Sequence record: OR896824.1
Reading direction: 5' to 3' (one strand)
DNA: 64,000 nucleotides
Source of the DNA: Escherichia phage SmurfNell
The position numbers and the translations under genes were made by a program. Positions within the stretch are counted from its first letter, which is position 1; every line of letters begins with the position of its first letter. The notes beneath the pieces were generated by a model. It saw only the letters and a program-made list of their open reading frames with translations, was not told the origin of the DNA and made no database searches. Shown here piece by piece: positions 52,422 to 61,282 of the stretch.

Positions 52422-53021
52422 ATGACTAATAAGAAAGAAGAAAAGACTAACCTGTTCCACTCCGTTCACCAATCTAACGAGTATACTTTTTTCTTTGACG
52501 AGGAACTCGGGCCAGCAGATGAGTATCGTGACTTATCTATGATCCTGGTGCAGGCTAATGAAGGAGATGTCATTAATCTGATGATTAATGGGCCTGGTGG
52601 TTATGTTGATACTGCTGCACAGCTATCTAACCTGATCGCTAACTGTCGTGGAACGGTTATTGGACACCTGCTCGGTCCTAGTGCTTCTGCTTACTGCACA
52701 ATCTTCCTGTCTTGCCACGGTTGGGTTGTTCATCCACACTCTACGCTTATGGGACATACGTTCTCTGGCGGATTCTGTGAGAAGGGTCAAGAAATCAAGA
52801 AAGCCTATGAATCTTACAATCAGTTTGTAGAAGATATGATGCTCGATATCTACTTCCCGTTCTTCTCCATCGAAGAAATTGAGGATATGGTAAAAGAGAA
52901 CAAGAATATCTATCTCAACAGCAAGGAAATCAATAAGCGTATTGAGAAATTGGCAGCATACCGCGAGGAGCAATTCAGCAAAGCTCAATGTCCTCACCCT
53001 GAGGAACATGGAGAAGTGTAA
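52422..53021 (+). CDS. ClpP-like serine peptidase
   Basis: INGPGG, GPSASA (Ser) and VVHPHSTLMGH (His) segments resemble the ClpP catalytic motifs. Confidence 0.5.
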   Translation: MTNKKEEKTNLFHSVHQSNEYTFFFDEELGPADEYRDLSMILVQANEGDVINLMINGPGGYVDTAAQLSNLIANCRGTVIGHLLGPSASAYCTIFLSCHGWVVHPHSTLMGHTFSGGFCEKGQEIKKAYESYNQFVEDMMLDIYFPFFSIEEIEDMVKENKNIYLNSKEINKRIEKLAAYREEQFSKAQCPHPEEHGEV

Positions 53022-53031
53022 GTAGTTTTAA

Positions 53032-53063
53032 GCCAGAGTTTAACGACTCTGGCTTTTCTTTTG
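53032..53063 (+). terminator. rho-independent terminator downstream of the ClpP-like gene
   Basis: AGCCAGAG-TTTAACGA-CTCTGGCT hairpin followed by TTTCTTTT. Confidence 0.7.
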
Positions 53064-53177
53064 CCTAAAATTCTTCTTGACAACGACAAAATTTTGTGCT
53101 CCAGAAGTGATCTTTAAAAACACGTTGTAATTTTCCTCTAGAATTAGTATAATGGTAATGGTTAGAGGAGGTTACAA

Positions 53178-53834
53178 GTGGAAAAGTTTCTACAACTATT
53201 AACGGTACTGCTCCAAGAAGCGAAAGATCCAGCATCGCTTCTTAAACGTCTGCTAACTATCTTAGTTGCTGTCATTATTTTCTTATTTGTTAGTAATACT
53301 AGCGAGGTGATGTCGTTCTTAAAGACTTTCTCCACGTCTGCGGTTTTACAGGATGTTCAAACCCAAAGGATAGATAACTTTCCTAATATAGCGAGAGAAA
53401 AGAGCATGGTTCTTTTCTCCCAGACGGGTGCGGATGCTGTTTTTGTAGTCAAGTATAAACCCGATGCTATCAATGATTATTCCAACATTATTGCATGGGA
53501 AAGCAATGCGCAATTAGATAGGGCTGACTTGGCCGATAAAGCAGTAAATAAGACGTCTGAGATGTATAGACGTCACCTAGAAGGTTTTAACTACGCTTCG
53601 GATTTAACTGTAAAGATTAATAAATACATGGGGGCAAATATCCCTTCGTTTAAAAACGTAACATTTAATTATATTTACACGTGTCCGTACTTCAACCTAA
53701 ACAACATCTATGCTGGATATATTGGTGTTGCTTGGAAGGATAAACCCGTAGATAATGCCGACTCGGAACAATTTAACGAGTACTTAACAAAGCTCTGTTC
53801 ACCACAGCAGAGATCATTAGGTAGATCAATATGA
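53178..53834 (+). CDS. holin (T5-type, 218 aa)
   Basis: Single TM (LLTILVAVIIFLFV); immediately upstream of and overlapping the endolysin gene; length matches the T5 holin as I recall it. Confidence 0.6.
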   Translation: MEKFLQLLTVLLQEAKDPASLLKRLLTILVAVIIFLFVSNTSEVMSFLKTFSTSAVLQDVQTQRIDNFPNIAREKSMVLFSQTGADAVFVVKYKPDAINDYSNIIAWESNAQLDRADLADKAVNKTSEMYRRHLEGFNYASDLTVKINKYMGANIPSFKNVTFNYIYTCPYFNLNNIYAGYIGVAWKDKPVDNADSEQFNEYLTKLCSPQQRSLGRSI

Positions 53835-54244
53835 GTTTTAAATTTGGTAAAAATAGTGAAAAACAATTAGCTACTGTTAAGCCTGAGCTACAAAAAGTAG
53901 CTCGTAGGGCTTTAGAACTATCTCCGTATGACTTCACAATCGTACAAGGTATTCGTACAGTAGCACAAAGTGCCCAAAACATTGCTAACGGTACTTCATT
54001 CTTGAAAGACCCTAGCAAGAGTAAGCATGTGACTGGAAATGCCCTCGATTTCGCACCATATATTAATGGTAAGATTGACTGGAAAGATCTAGAAGCATTT
54101 TGGGCAGTTAAGAAGGCTTTTGAACAAGCTGGAAAAGAACTTGGTATCAAACTTCGTTTTGGTGCTGACTGGAATGCCTCAGGGGATTATCATGACGAAA
54201 TCGATCGTGGTACCTATGACGGCGGTCATGTAGAATTGGTTTAA
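53831..54244 (+). CDS. endolysin (L-alanyl-D-glutamate peptidase, T5-type)
   Basis: 137 aa; H...D...H zinc-peptidase arrangement (SKHVTGNALDF...DGGHVEL); terminator at 54256-54278. Confidence 0.75.
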   Translation: MSFKFGKNSEKQLATVKPELQKVARRALELSPYDFTIVQGIRTVAQSAQNIANGTSFLKDPSKSKHVTGNALDFAPYINGKIDWKDLEAFWAVKKAFEQAGKELGIKLRFGADWNASGDYHDEIDRGTYDGGHVELV

Positions 54245-54255
54245 ATAGTAAGTTA

Positions 54256-54278
54256 AGGCGGGCTTGTCCCGCCTTTTA
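54256..54278 (+). terminator. rho-independent terminator downstream of endolysin
   Basis: AGGCGGG-CTTGT-CCCGCCT hairpin followed by TTTT. Confidence 0.7.
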
Positions 54279-54319
54279 AAGCAAAGGGGGCTTTAAAAAC
54301 TTAATGATAGGAGAAAGCC

Positions 54320-54736
54320 ATGTTTGCAGAACTATTCACCATGATATTACTAGGAGTATGGAAAATAAGCCTAGTAGTTTTCATCTTAATGATAATTCTC
54401 ACTGTTGTCGCACTAGTTACCCAAAATGATACATTAAAGAAAGTCGTTCATGGGCTAGAGTATATAATTATGGGCACATTCGGCGTTTGCAAATGCAACT
54501 GCCAGAGGAATACGAAATATTGTTGGCTTTGGATGGAGTTAGAGAACTGCATCACAGTAGCCCTGGCTGTCTCATTCGGTATGATTCTTATGGCCCTTAC
54601 TCTAGCATTGATACCACTAATGTTAGCTGGGGGAGTCACGGCTTATTTCACCCTTTTCTCCCCTATACTTATGTATTCAATATATCCAATAACTATGTAC
54701 TTAGTTAGGAAGAGATTCCCACATCAAGCACACTAA
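54320..54736 (+). CDS. polytopic membrane protein (138 aa)
   Basis: Three to four hydrophobic helices. Confidence 0.5.
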   Translation: MFAELFTMILLGVWKISLVVFILMIILTVVALVTQNDTLKKVVHGLEYIIMGTFGVCKCNCQRNTKYCWLWMELENCITVALAVSFGMILMALTLALIPLMLAGGVTAYFTLFSPILMYSIYPITMYLVRKRFPHQAH

Positions 54737-54749
54737 TATAAAAAAGTAG

Positions 54750-54778
54750 TTGACTTTCCACTGAAATTTTTATATAAT
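54750..54778 (+). promoter_or_regulatory. T5-type sigma70 promoter
   Basis: TTGACT-17-TATATAATAT plus TTGTATAAATTGAATCAGAGGAG leader. Confidence 0.65.
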
Positions 54779-54811
54779 ATTTGTATAAATTGAATCAGAG
54801 GAGTTTCACAA

Positions 54812-55222
54812 ATGTCAGATCGTTACTATACTCAGATGGCTAACCATTACAATATGGCTCCGTATGAATTGAACATCGCATTACGTGACCTCGATTCACC
54901 AGAGCGTGCAAAACTTGAGAAAAAGGCGGGAATTCGTATGTCTAGCAAGGGCAAGAAACTTACTCGTATTGACTTAAATACCATGCTAATGGAAGAGCTT
55001 GGCGTGAATATTGAAGGTCAGAAGTTGCCTCTCAATGTTCTTGAAACGATGCTGGATAAAGTCAAAAAGAAAACCTATAAGAAAGTACAAGTACCGGAAG
55101 GCAGGCTAAAAGCCCCTTATCAGGCTGCTGTATCTGAGTGCTTAGGTGCTACCTTAGATCTTAGCACTGCAACTGTTAAAGTGATGAAGGCATTTTTGGA
55201 GGCCATTAATAAACATGAGTAA
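54812..55222 (+). CDS. hypothetical protein (136 aa)
   Basis: Downstream of promoter 54750-54778; CAGAGGAG RBS. Confidence 0.55.
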   Translation: MSDRYYTQMANHYNMAPYELNIALRDLDSPERAKLEKKAGIRMSSKGKKLTRIDLNTMLMEELGVNIEGQKLPLNVLETMLDKVKKKTYKKVQVPEGRLKAPYQAAVSECLGATLDLSTATVKVMKAFLEAINKHE

Positions 55223-55505
55223 ATTAGTATATCTACTGAAGGGATCTACCTGCAATCCTTGTAAACTTTTCGAGCCTGTATTCGATAAAGTAGTACAGGA
55301 CTACAGTCTAGAAGTTCATAAAGAGACTGATAACACAGAACTTATGCAGAAATTTGGCGTTCGTCAGGTTCCTGTAGTAGTTCTAGCAGATCGTCTCCCT
55401 AATGGTCGTGTGGAAGCCAACCACATTCTGATTGGTCGTCAACTTCGTAAAGAAACTATGCATGACGCAATAAAAAACTTCCTGGAAGATAATCCAGAAG
55501 ATTAA
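55215..55505 (+). CDS. thioredoxin/glutaredoxin-like protein
   Basis: CxxC active-site motif (STCNPCK) near the N-terminus in a 96-aa protein; terminator at 55515-55542. Confidence 0.55.
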   Translation: MSKLVYLLKGSTCNPCKLFEPVFDKVVQDYSLEVHKETDNTELMQKFGVRQVPVVVLADRLPNGRVEANHILIGRQLRKETMHDAIKNFLEDNPED

Positions 55506-55514
55506 TAAATCTAA

Positions 55515-55542
55515 CCCAGATCTTAGCTGATCTGGGTTTTTT
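55515..55542 (+). terminator. rho-independent terminator
   Basis: CCCAGATC-TTAGCT-GATCTGGG hairpin followed by TTTTTT. Confidence 0.75.
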
Positions 55543-55547
55543 ATTAC

Positions 55548-55576
55548 TTGCTTTCTGCTAAAAATTTTGATATAAT
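55548..55576 (+). promoter_or_regulatory. T5-type sigma70 promoter
   Basis: TTGCTT-17-GATATAATAT plus ATGTATAAATTGATGAGAGGAG leader. Confidence 0.65.
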
Positions 55577-55607
55577 ATATGTATAAATTGATGAGAGGAG
55601 TATCACA

Positions 55608-55988
55608 TTGAATTACGCATATCTTATAATACATAACAACGTGGTCTGTGGTACTCGTGCTGTAGAGATGGGAATCACAGAAGAAAAGTATAACTCTTTG
55701 TCTAAATCGGAGCAAGAATACTATGTTGAACAGGCTGCTTGGGAATATGCTGAGGCTTATCCCGAAGAACGTGAAGGCCGTGTTACTATTGTTGTTACTT
55801 TGGGGCTGGTGGGCTGTGATACCGAAGTTGATACAGATCTAGAAACACTTGAAGAATGGGAAGAATTGGATATTGCAGAACAAAATGCTATCATCCGTCA
55901 ATCTTTCTGGGAAGCAGTAGACTGTCACGTTGTCTTTGAGCCAAATGATACAGAAGCTGAAAAACACACTAATTGGATGACTCGATAA
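55608..55988 (+). CDS. hypothetical acidic protein (126 aa, TTG start)
   Basis: Downstream of promoter 55548-55576. Confidence 0.5.
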   Translation: MNYAYLIIHNNVVCGTRAVEMGITEEKYNSLSKSEQEYYVEQAAWEYAEAYPEEREGRVTIVVTLGLVGCDTEVDTDLETLEEWEELDIAEQNAIIRQSFWEAVDCHVVFEPNDTEAEKHTNWMTR

Positions 55989-56851
55989 TGAAAAAAGAAT
56001 TTAACCTGCACGAAATGTTAGTAGTACCAGACGATGTTAACCTGTTCTTCGTAGGAGATATTCACGGCTGTAATGATATGCTGGAAGATGCTCTTAAACT
56101 AGCAGGATATAAAGAAAAGCGTGACTATGTTGTCTGTGTTGGCGACTTAATTGACCGTGGCCCGCAGAACTTACAGGTTCTAGCCAAATTCTTATATAAC
56201 CCACGCTTCCGCAGCGTTCGTGGCAACCATGATCAGTTTATGATTGCTGGTGACTACGCCAACTGGATGTATAATGGTGGAATGTGGGCAATGAATGATC
56301 TGGATACCGATACAATTAAAGGTATCGCAGAAGATATGGCAGTTAAAATGCCAGTATTCATGACTGTACTCCATCGTGGCAAGAAATACGGTGTTGTTCA
56401 TGGTGGAATACCATTCCAATATAAAGATGCGGGATTCGATGTACATACACCTAATTGGGACGATATTATTGATCATATCGCTGCAAGTGAAAATGATCAT
56501 AATGATCATCCTAGTTATTACATTGAGCCATATCTATGGGATCGTGATGTAATTCAGGAAATTGGTTTTCATCTGTCTAAGCAAGGTGCAGAGCACCCCT
56601 ATTTCCAGCGTTATGCAGGATTTAAAGATGAACTGACTGTGGAAGTGCCAGAAGTTGAAAGTGTAGATTTCGTATTCCATGGTCACACTGGTGTTCCTTA
56701 CCCAATTCTGTACAAGAACCGTGTTTATCTCGATACTGGCGGTGTTTTCAACGGGCAGTTGACGGTTGCGCAAGTTAATGATGAAGCCGGTAAAATCATG
56801 ACATTTACCACAGATAAAAATGATAGCTGTGGTGTACAGAGGATTCTATAA
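55973..56851 (+). CDS. Ser/Thr protein phosphatase (PPP-family metallophosphoesterase)
   Basis: GDIHGC, GDLIDRG and RGNHD metallophosphatase motifs. Confidence 0.8.
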   Translation: MDDSIMKKEFNLHEMLVVPDDVNLFFVGDIHGCNDMLEDALKLAGYKEKRDYVVCVGDLIDRGPQNLQVLAKFLYNPRFRSVRGNHDQFMIAGDYANWMYNGGMWAMNDLDTDTIKGIAEDMAVKMPVFMTVLHRGKKYGVVHGGIPFQYKDAGFDVHTPNWDDIIDHIAASENDHNDHPSYYIEPYLWDRDVIQEIGFHLSKQGAEHPYFQRYAGFKDELTVEVPEVESVDFVFHGHTGVPYPILYKNRVYLDTGGVFNGQLTVAQVNDEAGKIMTFTTDKNDSCGVQRIL

Positions 56852-57219
56852 TGGAACGTGAAGAACGTTATGTAGTTATAAAGCTATCTGATATTGAGAA
56901 AGCCATAGAATTAGGGCATATCACTCAAAGTAACTTTACTACTTTGGAGCATATCTTGTCCAAACTATGGTATAGTCGAGCACAACGTGGTAAAGAGGAT
57001 CTTAAAACAGTCGTAGTAGAGCATGATTGGCCAGAGTACGAAGAAGTCTGGAAGATGCTAGAGAATCGTGTTGAATTTGAACAAGCACGACAGGAAGAGG
57101 TTGACAAAGGCTACCAAGAAGCGAAAGAGCACCATGAGGTTTATGATGAAATATTCAAACTTCGTGGTATTAGTAGTTATTGTCAGGGTTGGAATAAATA
57201 TGCGGAGGAAGTTCTGTAA
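56851..57219 (+). CDS. hypothetical protein (122 aa)
   Basis: ORF overlapping the previous stop (ATAATGG). Confidence 0.5.
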   Translation: MEREERYVVIKLSDIEKAIELGHITQSNFTTLEHILSKLWYSRAQRGKEDLKTVVVEHDWPEYEEVWKMLENRVEFEQARQEEVDKGYQEAKEHHEVYDEIFKLRGISSYCQGWNKYAEEVL

Positions 57220-57425
57220 TGAAGAGATTACTACTATTATCAGTACTAATACTAGCTGGATGTGATTCCTACGACGATAATATGAGATTTACTGCAGAAG
57301 ATACAAAACACTTATGTGATGTAGCTGGAGGTGAGCTAGATTATTCCAGTATTCAAATTGGACTCACAAAAGGTATATTCTACGATAGTTATACTATTAC
57401 ATCCACATGTGTAAGGAATAAATAA
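57219..57425 (+). CDS. small lipoprotein (68 aa)
   Basis: Lipobox signal peptide MKRLLLLSVLILAGC. Confidence 0.5.
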   Translation: MKRLLLLSVLILAGCDSYDDNMRFTAEDTKHLCDVAGGELDYSSIQIGLTKGIFYDSYTITSTCVRNK

Positions 57426-58009
57426 TGAAAGTTAAATTCTGGAGTGAACTCCACTTAGACCACCCAGGGATTCTTCGTTTTCGCCCCTGGTTTAAGAACA
57501 TGAAAGAGCACGATGAGTATATCCTAGATACTTTGTCCAAGCACATTGGCAAGCGTACAAAACTTGTGCTGCTAGGAGATAGTGCCGTGGGGCGAGAAGG
57601 GTTGGCCAAGTTGAAGTCGGTTATCCACAACGTGCCTAACCAACTAATTATGGGAAACCACGATGCTGAGCGTCAGGGTCTGCATATTAAAGATCTTGTA
57701 GACGTTTATGATGATATTCAGGCTCTAGGTAAGCAAACAGGTGGTGGCAAGAAGTTTTGGCTGTCACATTGTCCATTGCACGAAGCAGAACTTCGTGGTA
57801 GGCTAAACATTCACGGACATGTGCACACCAATTCTGTACGTGACCAACGCTATATCAACGTCTCCTTTGAAATGAGTAAGACACCTATTTCCTTGGAAGA
57901 TATCGTATCTGGCAAGTTTCAGACGTGGAACAAGATTGTTGATCCAGTAACTGGTGTTGTATCTGAAATTGATGCTGGCGATTTGGCGATGGGAGTATAC
58001 GATGTTTGA
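57425..58009 (+). CDS. calcineurin-like metallophosphoesterase
   Basis: LLGDS, GNHD and GHVH motifs. Confidence 0.65.
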   Translation: MKVKFWSELHLDHPGILRFRPWFKNMKEHDEYILDTLSKHIGKRTKLVLLGDSAVGREGLAKLKSVIHNVPNQLIMGNHDAERQGLHIKDLVDVYDDIQALGKQTGGGKKFWLSHCPLHEAELRGRLNIHGHVHTNSVRDQRYINVSFEMSKTPISLEDIVSGKFQTWNKIVDPVTGVVSEIDAGDLAMGVYDV

Positions 58010-58111
58010 TTTTGATGGAATGACTCGTGATATAGTTGTAGCAGCAGCAATAATTGTTGTTGTTTCTTTCTTACTTGGCGTAGGAATAGGTATTTTATTA
58101 TAAAAATTCAG

Positions 58112-58140
58112 TTGCTAAAATACCTTAATTTCTGTATAAT
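58112..58140 (+). promoter_or_regulatory. T5-type sigma70 promoter
   Basis: TTGCTA-17-TGTATAATTA plus CTTTATAAATTGATGAGAAGG leader. Confidence 0.65.
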
Positions 58141-58170
58141 TACTTTATAAATTGATGAGAAGGAATCAAA

Positions 58171-58602
58171 ATGCAAAAGATTGATAAAGCACTTTTAATC
58201 GCAACAGCAGATAAGTTTGAGCAAGTTAAAGCTACTTTTAAGGCAGTCTTTCAGTCCTATGTTCAAGACAAATCTAACCCTATTTCTGAGCGTTTGATGA
58301 TGTGGGAATGTTTTGCTTGCAATGCTCTGCTAATTTCCGATTATAATGGAGAAGTATCTGAGGAATTGCATGAGATCTTTATTAATGAGGATACTCCACG
58401 CTATCAGTTAGTGAACTTCCAAGATCTAGCTGAGCAAGTTATTCCTGATGATCTTTGGGACAAGTATTACGGTGATCCTGAAGAAGATGGTATGGAACCT
58501 GAGAAGTGCATCGAACTGATCTGTAAGGATCACATTGAAATTGCTGAGAAATTTGAGCTAGTATTTGCTTCTGAGTTCTCAGGTTTCGTTAACGATTGGT
58601 AA
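58171..58602 (+). CDS. hypothetical acidic protein (143 aa)
   Basis: Downstream of promoter 58112-58140; GAAGGAA RBS. Confidence 0.55.
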   Translation: MQKIDKALLIATADKFEQVKATFKAVFQSYVQDKSNPISERLMMWECFACNALLISDYNGEVSEELHEIFINEDTPRYQLVNFQDLAEQVIPDDLWDKYYGDPEEDGMEPEKCIELICKDHIEIAEKFELVFASEFSGFVNDW

Positions 58603-58619
58603 GTAAATAAAAAATTCAG

Positions 58620-58648
58620 TTGCTTCTAGCTTTAAAATTCTGTATAAT
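58620..58648 (+). promoter_or_regulatory. T5-type sigma70 promoter
   Basis: TTGCTT-17-TGTATAATAA plus GTTCATAAATTAATGAGAGAGG leader. Confidence 0.65.
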
Positions 58649-58680
58649 AAGTTCATAAATTAATGAGAGAGGAAATTCTA

Positions 58681-58932
58681 ATGGAAAACATGACTAAAAC
58701 TGAAATGGCTAACGTTCTGGCAATTCTCCTCGATATGCAGGGTTTTGAAGGTCAGCTCATGAAGATGTCTATTCCGGCAATGAAAAAGATGTATGATTCT
58801 CTGAACAAGAATGCTATGGCATTCAACCTTGCGAAACAAGAAGCACGTTTTGCGAAAGAGCATCAGGCAACTGCCGAACGTCGTGCAGCATCTTTTGAGC
58901 GTGAAGTTAAGCAACTGAAAGGTAAGAAATAA
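58681..58932 (+). CDS. hypothetical protein (83 aa)
   Basis: Downstream of promoter 58620-58648; ATG 58681 after GAGAGAGG RBS. Confidence 0.5.
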   Translation: MENMTKTEMANVLAILLDMQGFEGQLMKMSIPAMKKMYDSLNKNAMAFNLAKQEARFAKEHQATAERRAASFEREVKQLKGKK

Positions 58933-59330
58933 TGACTAACGGAAAATTCTTACTTGTACTAGGGCTGAATGCCCTAGTCTCCCTAGCTATCACACTCGGT
59001 GTTAGTGACTTTATGCTTAATCAGCATGAGAAGAAAGAAGCTCTTGAACAAGTATACATTAGCCCGGAAGTCAAAGAACAAGCAAAACGTAATAAAATGC
59101 TCGCAGAAGCAAACCTTGTGCTTAATCAAGCAGAGTTTGATATAGCTCTCTCAAAATATTCCGGTGCTAAAGTAAAAGATGCACACGTTATGAAAGACTT
59201 GGAAGAAATAAAGCATCAAATTGAAGAGGCCAAAAGATTTTGTAAATCAATTGACCAATCTTTAGAAAAAATCACGTTTTATAGAACTATAAGCCCATAT
59301 ATTGAATGTGGCAACGGAGTATTTAAATGA
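58932..59330 (+). CDS. membrane-anchored protein (132 aa)
   Basis: N-terminal TM; overlaps previous stop. Confidence 0.5.
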   Translation: MTNGKFLLVLGLNALVSLAITLGVSDFMLNQHEKKEALEQVYISPEVKEQAKRNKMLAEANLVLNQAEFDIALSKYSGAKVKDAHVMKDLEEIKHQIEEAKRFCKSIDQSLEKITFYRTISPYIECGNGVFK

Positions 59331-59608
59331 TTACAGAAATTTTAATTGGATTGCTGGTTCTCACGACTTTAGCAGCAATTGGTGGAATCATTGGCATTCT
59401 TAATGCTAATAAAAATATGGAGAGGATGCGCCTCACCAATGATGGGCTAGTTAAACGCCTTGTCGAACAGGAAGAAGATATCGAATTAGCCCAAAGACGT
59501 TCAGATCTCCTTAAAGAAAAGCTAATGAATATTGAAACTCTTGTTGGTAACACTAAACTTCCTATTAAAGTCCTGCGCGCTCAGGTAATCACGGAGATTA
59601 AGAAATGA
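59327..59608 (+). CDS. membrane-anchored coiled-coil protein (93 aa)
   Basis: N-terminal TM; ATGA overlap. Confidence 0.5.
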   Translation: MITEILIGLLVLTTLAAIGGIIGILNANKNMERMRLTNDGLVKRLVEQEEDIELAQRRSDLLKEKLMNIETLVGNTKLPIKVLRAQVITEIKK

Positions 59609-59850
59609 TGTTAATTATCTTAGCTTTTTATCTGGTTATTGTTGGTGTTCTGGTTACTAAGTATCATACCTGGACCCCGAAGAACGTTGGTAAAGTAGCA
59701 CTGTTTGTTCTGCCAGTTCCTATCATCATCGTTGCAATGCTGTTCACGATGTTGGCTGGTAAAGTGACAAAAACTGACGTTAAACGCATTGTAGACGAAC
59801 TACAGCAATCTTCTGACATGATCGAGGATATTCTGAAAGATGAAGCTTAA
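59605..59850 (+). CDS. small membrane protein (81 aa)
   Basis: Two TM helices; ATGA overlap. Confidence 0.5.
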   Translation: MMLIILAFYLVIVGVLVTKYHTWTPKNVGKVALFVLPVPIIIVAMLFTMLAGKVTKTDVKRIVDELQQSSDMIEDILKDEA

Positions 59851-60172
59851 TTTTAGTGAATTAACCCTGCTGGACGAGTTTCTAGGTTTTGTTACTGAAC
59901 GTGGGTTTATTAATGTAGATCCTCAGACACTAGAAGTCTTGCAATCCATCCAGAATAAAACTAAAACAGATCTGGAAGACTTATGGCGACCACTTTCTGA
60001 GCTAACTCCTCTTAATATGAAAGTGATTGTTAAAAATATTGAAACTGGTGAAGAACGTGAGATGGTTCGTAAAGAACTGGCTAATAGTTATTCTCCAGAG
60101 TCCCTAGTGATGCATCATGACGATGAACCAGAAACACTTTGGACAGCCCATTATATGTGGCGTCTGCCTTGA
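59840..60172 (+). CDS. hypothetical protein (110 aa)
   Basis: Overlapping ORF in a tightly packed operon. Confidence 0.5.
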   Translation: MKLNFSELTLLDEFLGFVTERGFINVDPQTLEVLQSIQNKTKTDLEDLWRPLSELTPLNMKVIVKNIETGEEREMVRKELANSYSPESLVMHHDDEPETLWTAHYMWRLP

Positions 60173-60272
60173 TTGATTTAACAACTGTTACGGCAATCCT
60201 AATCTTCGGTTTAGTGGTTGCCGTTTTCATAATCGTTGAGCAGGCCAAAGTAATACGGAGACTTAAAAATAG

Positions 60273-60473
60273 ATGATTAATTTTTATAACCCTAACTTGC
60301 AGAAAGCAACGTGGGATTACTTTATAATTCTACCAGCTTTTATGTTAAGTTGTGCAATCATTAACATTATGTATCAAGAAGCTGGTTGGACAGTCCAAGA
60401 TTTCCACATTTCACAAGTTCTTCCTTTCATGTATGAAGGCGTTATCGCAGCAATAAATGGAGTTCGTAAATGA
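60273..60473 (+). CDS. small membrane protein (66 aa)
   Basis: Hydrophobic ORF. Confidence 0.4.
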   Translation: MINFYNPNLQKATWDYFIILPAFMLSCAIINIMYQEAGWTVQDFHISQVLPFMYEGVIAAINGVRK

Positions 60474-60937
60474 CAGCACTGCAAAGATTACAGAATTACT
60501 GGTTTGATGGCCAATTTAATGATTTATTCATCCAGTTGTTTGTCGAAACGAACGGACGTTTTAATTACCGCTTCTTTAATACTTTCCATGAAACGAAGTT
60601 CTCGCATACAGAGATTAACGCAGCGATTCAAGATCTCACTGGTTCTAAGGTAATTCCTTATCGTGATGTAGATTTTGCACCTGACTGTTTTGGTTTTGAA
60701 CTGTTTAAGAAAGCATATAAGTTCGGTAAGTTCGAAGATGCACGACATTGGGTTCATGACTTCTGGTATAATACCGATATCGTCCCTAGCCGTGTACTGA
60801 TCCTCAACTGGATTGCTAAACAACATCCGCCGAAGGCACAATCGGCATTCCTTCCAACTGATACAGGAAATCTTTACCATGACACAAAAGAAAAATCCAG
60901 TGCTAGAGCAGATGAAGCAGTTGGAGAAGCAGATTGA
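60470..60937 (+). CDS. hypothetical protein (155 aa)
   Basis: ATGA overlap with upstream ORF. Confidence 0.5.
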   Translation: MTALQRLQNYWFDGQFNDLFIQLFVETNGRFNYRFFNTFHETKFSHTEINAAIQDLTGSKVIPYRDVDFAPDCFGFELFKKAYKFGKFEDARHWVHDFWYNTDIVPSRVLILNWIAKQHPPKAQSAFLPTDTGNLYHDTKEKSSARADEAVGEAD

Positions 60938-61262
60938 GGAAGGAAGCGTTGATGGACAGTCAATTGTCAATCATGCTTTTGATCTTACAGTAGGATGTGC
61001 TAATCCGCTGGTGGCAGGTGAAACAGCAGATATTCTTGGGCTTTTAATGGCAGTTGGCCAGTTAATCGAGATTACCCAAGAAGAGCTAGACAATGATGAA
61101 GAAGTAACTGTTCATGATGTTCTTGGTGCTCTAGATCTGATTGTTAATGCTTATGCCTATAAACGCCGCCACTCAATTGATGAATATCTAGTTTCTCGTG
61201 AGATTACCGAATCTCTTCTGGAAACTGCTGATATGGCCTTAAACGGCAAGCAACTTCACTAA
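60879..61262 (+). CDS. hypothetical acidic protein (about 127 aa)
   Basis: Internal ATG of ORF 60813-61262 chosen to reduce overlap; weak terminator hairpin follows at 61271-61298. Confidence 0.4.
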   Translation: MTQKKNPVLEQMKQLEKQIEEGSVDGQSIVNHAFDLTVGCANPLVAGETADILGLLMAVGQLIEITQEELDNDEEVTVHDVLGALDLIVNAYAYKRRHSIDEYLVSREITESLLETADMALNGKQLH

Positions 61263-61282
61263 TCCTAGAGGCCAGGACTTAA

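Noticed and set aside
28384-58700. ATG inside the conserved leader motif TTGATGAGAGG downstream of many promoters
   Set aside because: The ATG is part of the conserved leader/RBS block (GAGAGG acts as the Shine-Dalgarno); the true start codons lie 6-12 nt further downstream.
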